Of a DNA stretch of 26,759 bases, positions 26,162-26,759 are shown one piece after another; position 1 is the first letter of the stretch, and each line of letters begins with the position of its first letter. The notes beneath the pieces are model-generated. The model was not told the DNA's origin. It worked only from the letters and a program-made list of their open reading frames with translations, and did not search any database. The stretch is from contig CP063811.1 in NCBI GenBank assembly GCA_022818785.1, forward strand, positions 412,920-439,678, in the 5' to 3' direction. This DNA is from Bacteroides sp. Its GTDB lineage: Bacteria; Bacteroidota; Bacteroidia; G022818785. Made by a program: the position numbers and the translations under genes.

Positions 26162-26759
26162 TTATGGTTTACAATTATAAGTTGGACTACTTTTTAATAT
26201 TTTTTTAATATCTATTTCAAATAGAACTTCTTTTAATAAAAGTTCTTCTGCTATGAGTTTTATTTCATTGAATTTAGATTTTAATAAATCATGTGTTATT
26301 TTATATGCATCTTGAATTATTTTCCTTACTTGCAGATCAATTATTTCAAAGGTCTTTTCTGAATAAGGTTTATTAAGCATTGTATCTCTGTTTTTTACAT
26401 TAAAAGATATATTTCCTATAATATCATTCATTCCATATAATGTTACCATTGAATAAGCTAATTTGGTTATTTTTTCTAAATCATTCTGTGCTCCAGTAGA
26501 TATTTGATTAAAAAATATTTTTTCAGCTACCCTTCCTCCTAAAGTCATACAAATATTATCCATTAATTCTTCAGTAGTATATAAATACTGCTCTTTCGGT
26601 AAATATTGAGCATATCCCAATGCAGCAATACCTCGTGGTATAATAGATACTTTAACTATAGGATGAACATTTTTTAAATACCATCCAGCAATAACATGTC
26701 CAGATTCATGATATGCTATAATTTTCCTTTCATTTATAGAGATAATTTTATTTTTTTTT
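26162..26759 (-). CDS. ftsH: ATP-dependent zinc metalloprotease FtsH, C-terminal part (5' end outside window)
   Basis: The frame stays open to the window edge: KKNKIISINERKIIAYHESGH (HExxH)...KVSIIPRG.AALGYAQYLP...LGGRVAE...STGAQNDLE. Confidence 0.96.
   Translation of the reverse strand, partial: KKNKIISINERKIIAYHESGHVIAGWYLKNVHPIVKVSIIPRGIAALGYAQYLPKEQYLYTTEELMDNICMTLGGRVAEKIFFNQISTGAQNDLEKITKLAYSMVTLYGMNDIIGNISFNVKNRDTMLNKPYSEKTFEIIDLQVRKIIQDAYKITHDLLKSKFNEIKLIAEELLLKEVLFEIDIKKILKSSPTYNCKP

Noticed and set aside
1-26759. UGA-to-Trp recoding, common in very AT-rich symbionts
   Set aside because: Long ORFs translate intact under code 11, conserved Trp positions use TGG, and TGA ends ctaF, ctaC, actE, serS and eno at the expected places. 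Reading through the nuoJ TGA hits TAA two codons later.
1-26759. CRISPR arrays, IS elements, prophage or defence systems
   Set aside because: No spaced direct repeats, transposase or integrase motifs, or unexplained large ORFs; essentially all sequence is accounted for by housekeeping genes.

Overview
Extremely AT-rich (roughly 20% GC by eye), gene-dense segment of a strongly reduced Bacteroidota genome, most likely an obligate endosymbiont. RpoD signatures point to Sphingobacteriales rather than Flavobacteriales. The left 12.4 kb is one minus-strand respiratory operon: alternative complex III (actA-F), an A1-type aa3 cytochrome c oxidase (ctaC, ctaD, two ctaE, ctaF) and a DUF420 gene. It contains no heme O/heme A synthase or SCO gene. 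The rest is scrambled housekeeping: rpoD, tRNA-Asp, nagB, feoAB, rsmI, serS, yajC, nusB, ridA, an orphan degenerate nuoJ-like gene, M42 peptidase, tRNA-Lys, gyrB, a GT5 glycogen-synthase-like gene, eno and partial ftsH. Three genes are broken by single frameshifts in simple repeats: serS at A11, and ctaE and nuoJ at (AT)n tracts. Bacteroidota TAnnTTTG promoter boxes are recognisable. I see no mobile elements or CRISPR, and the standard code 11 appears to be in use.
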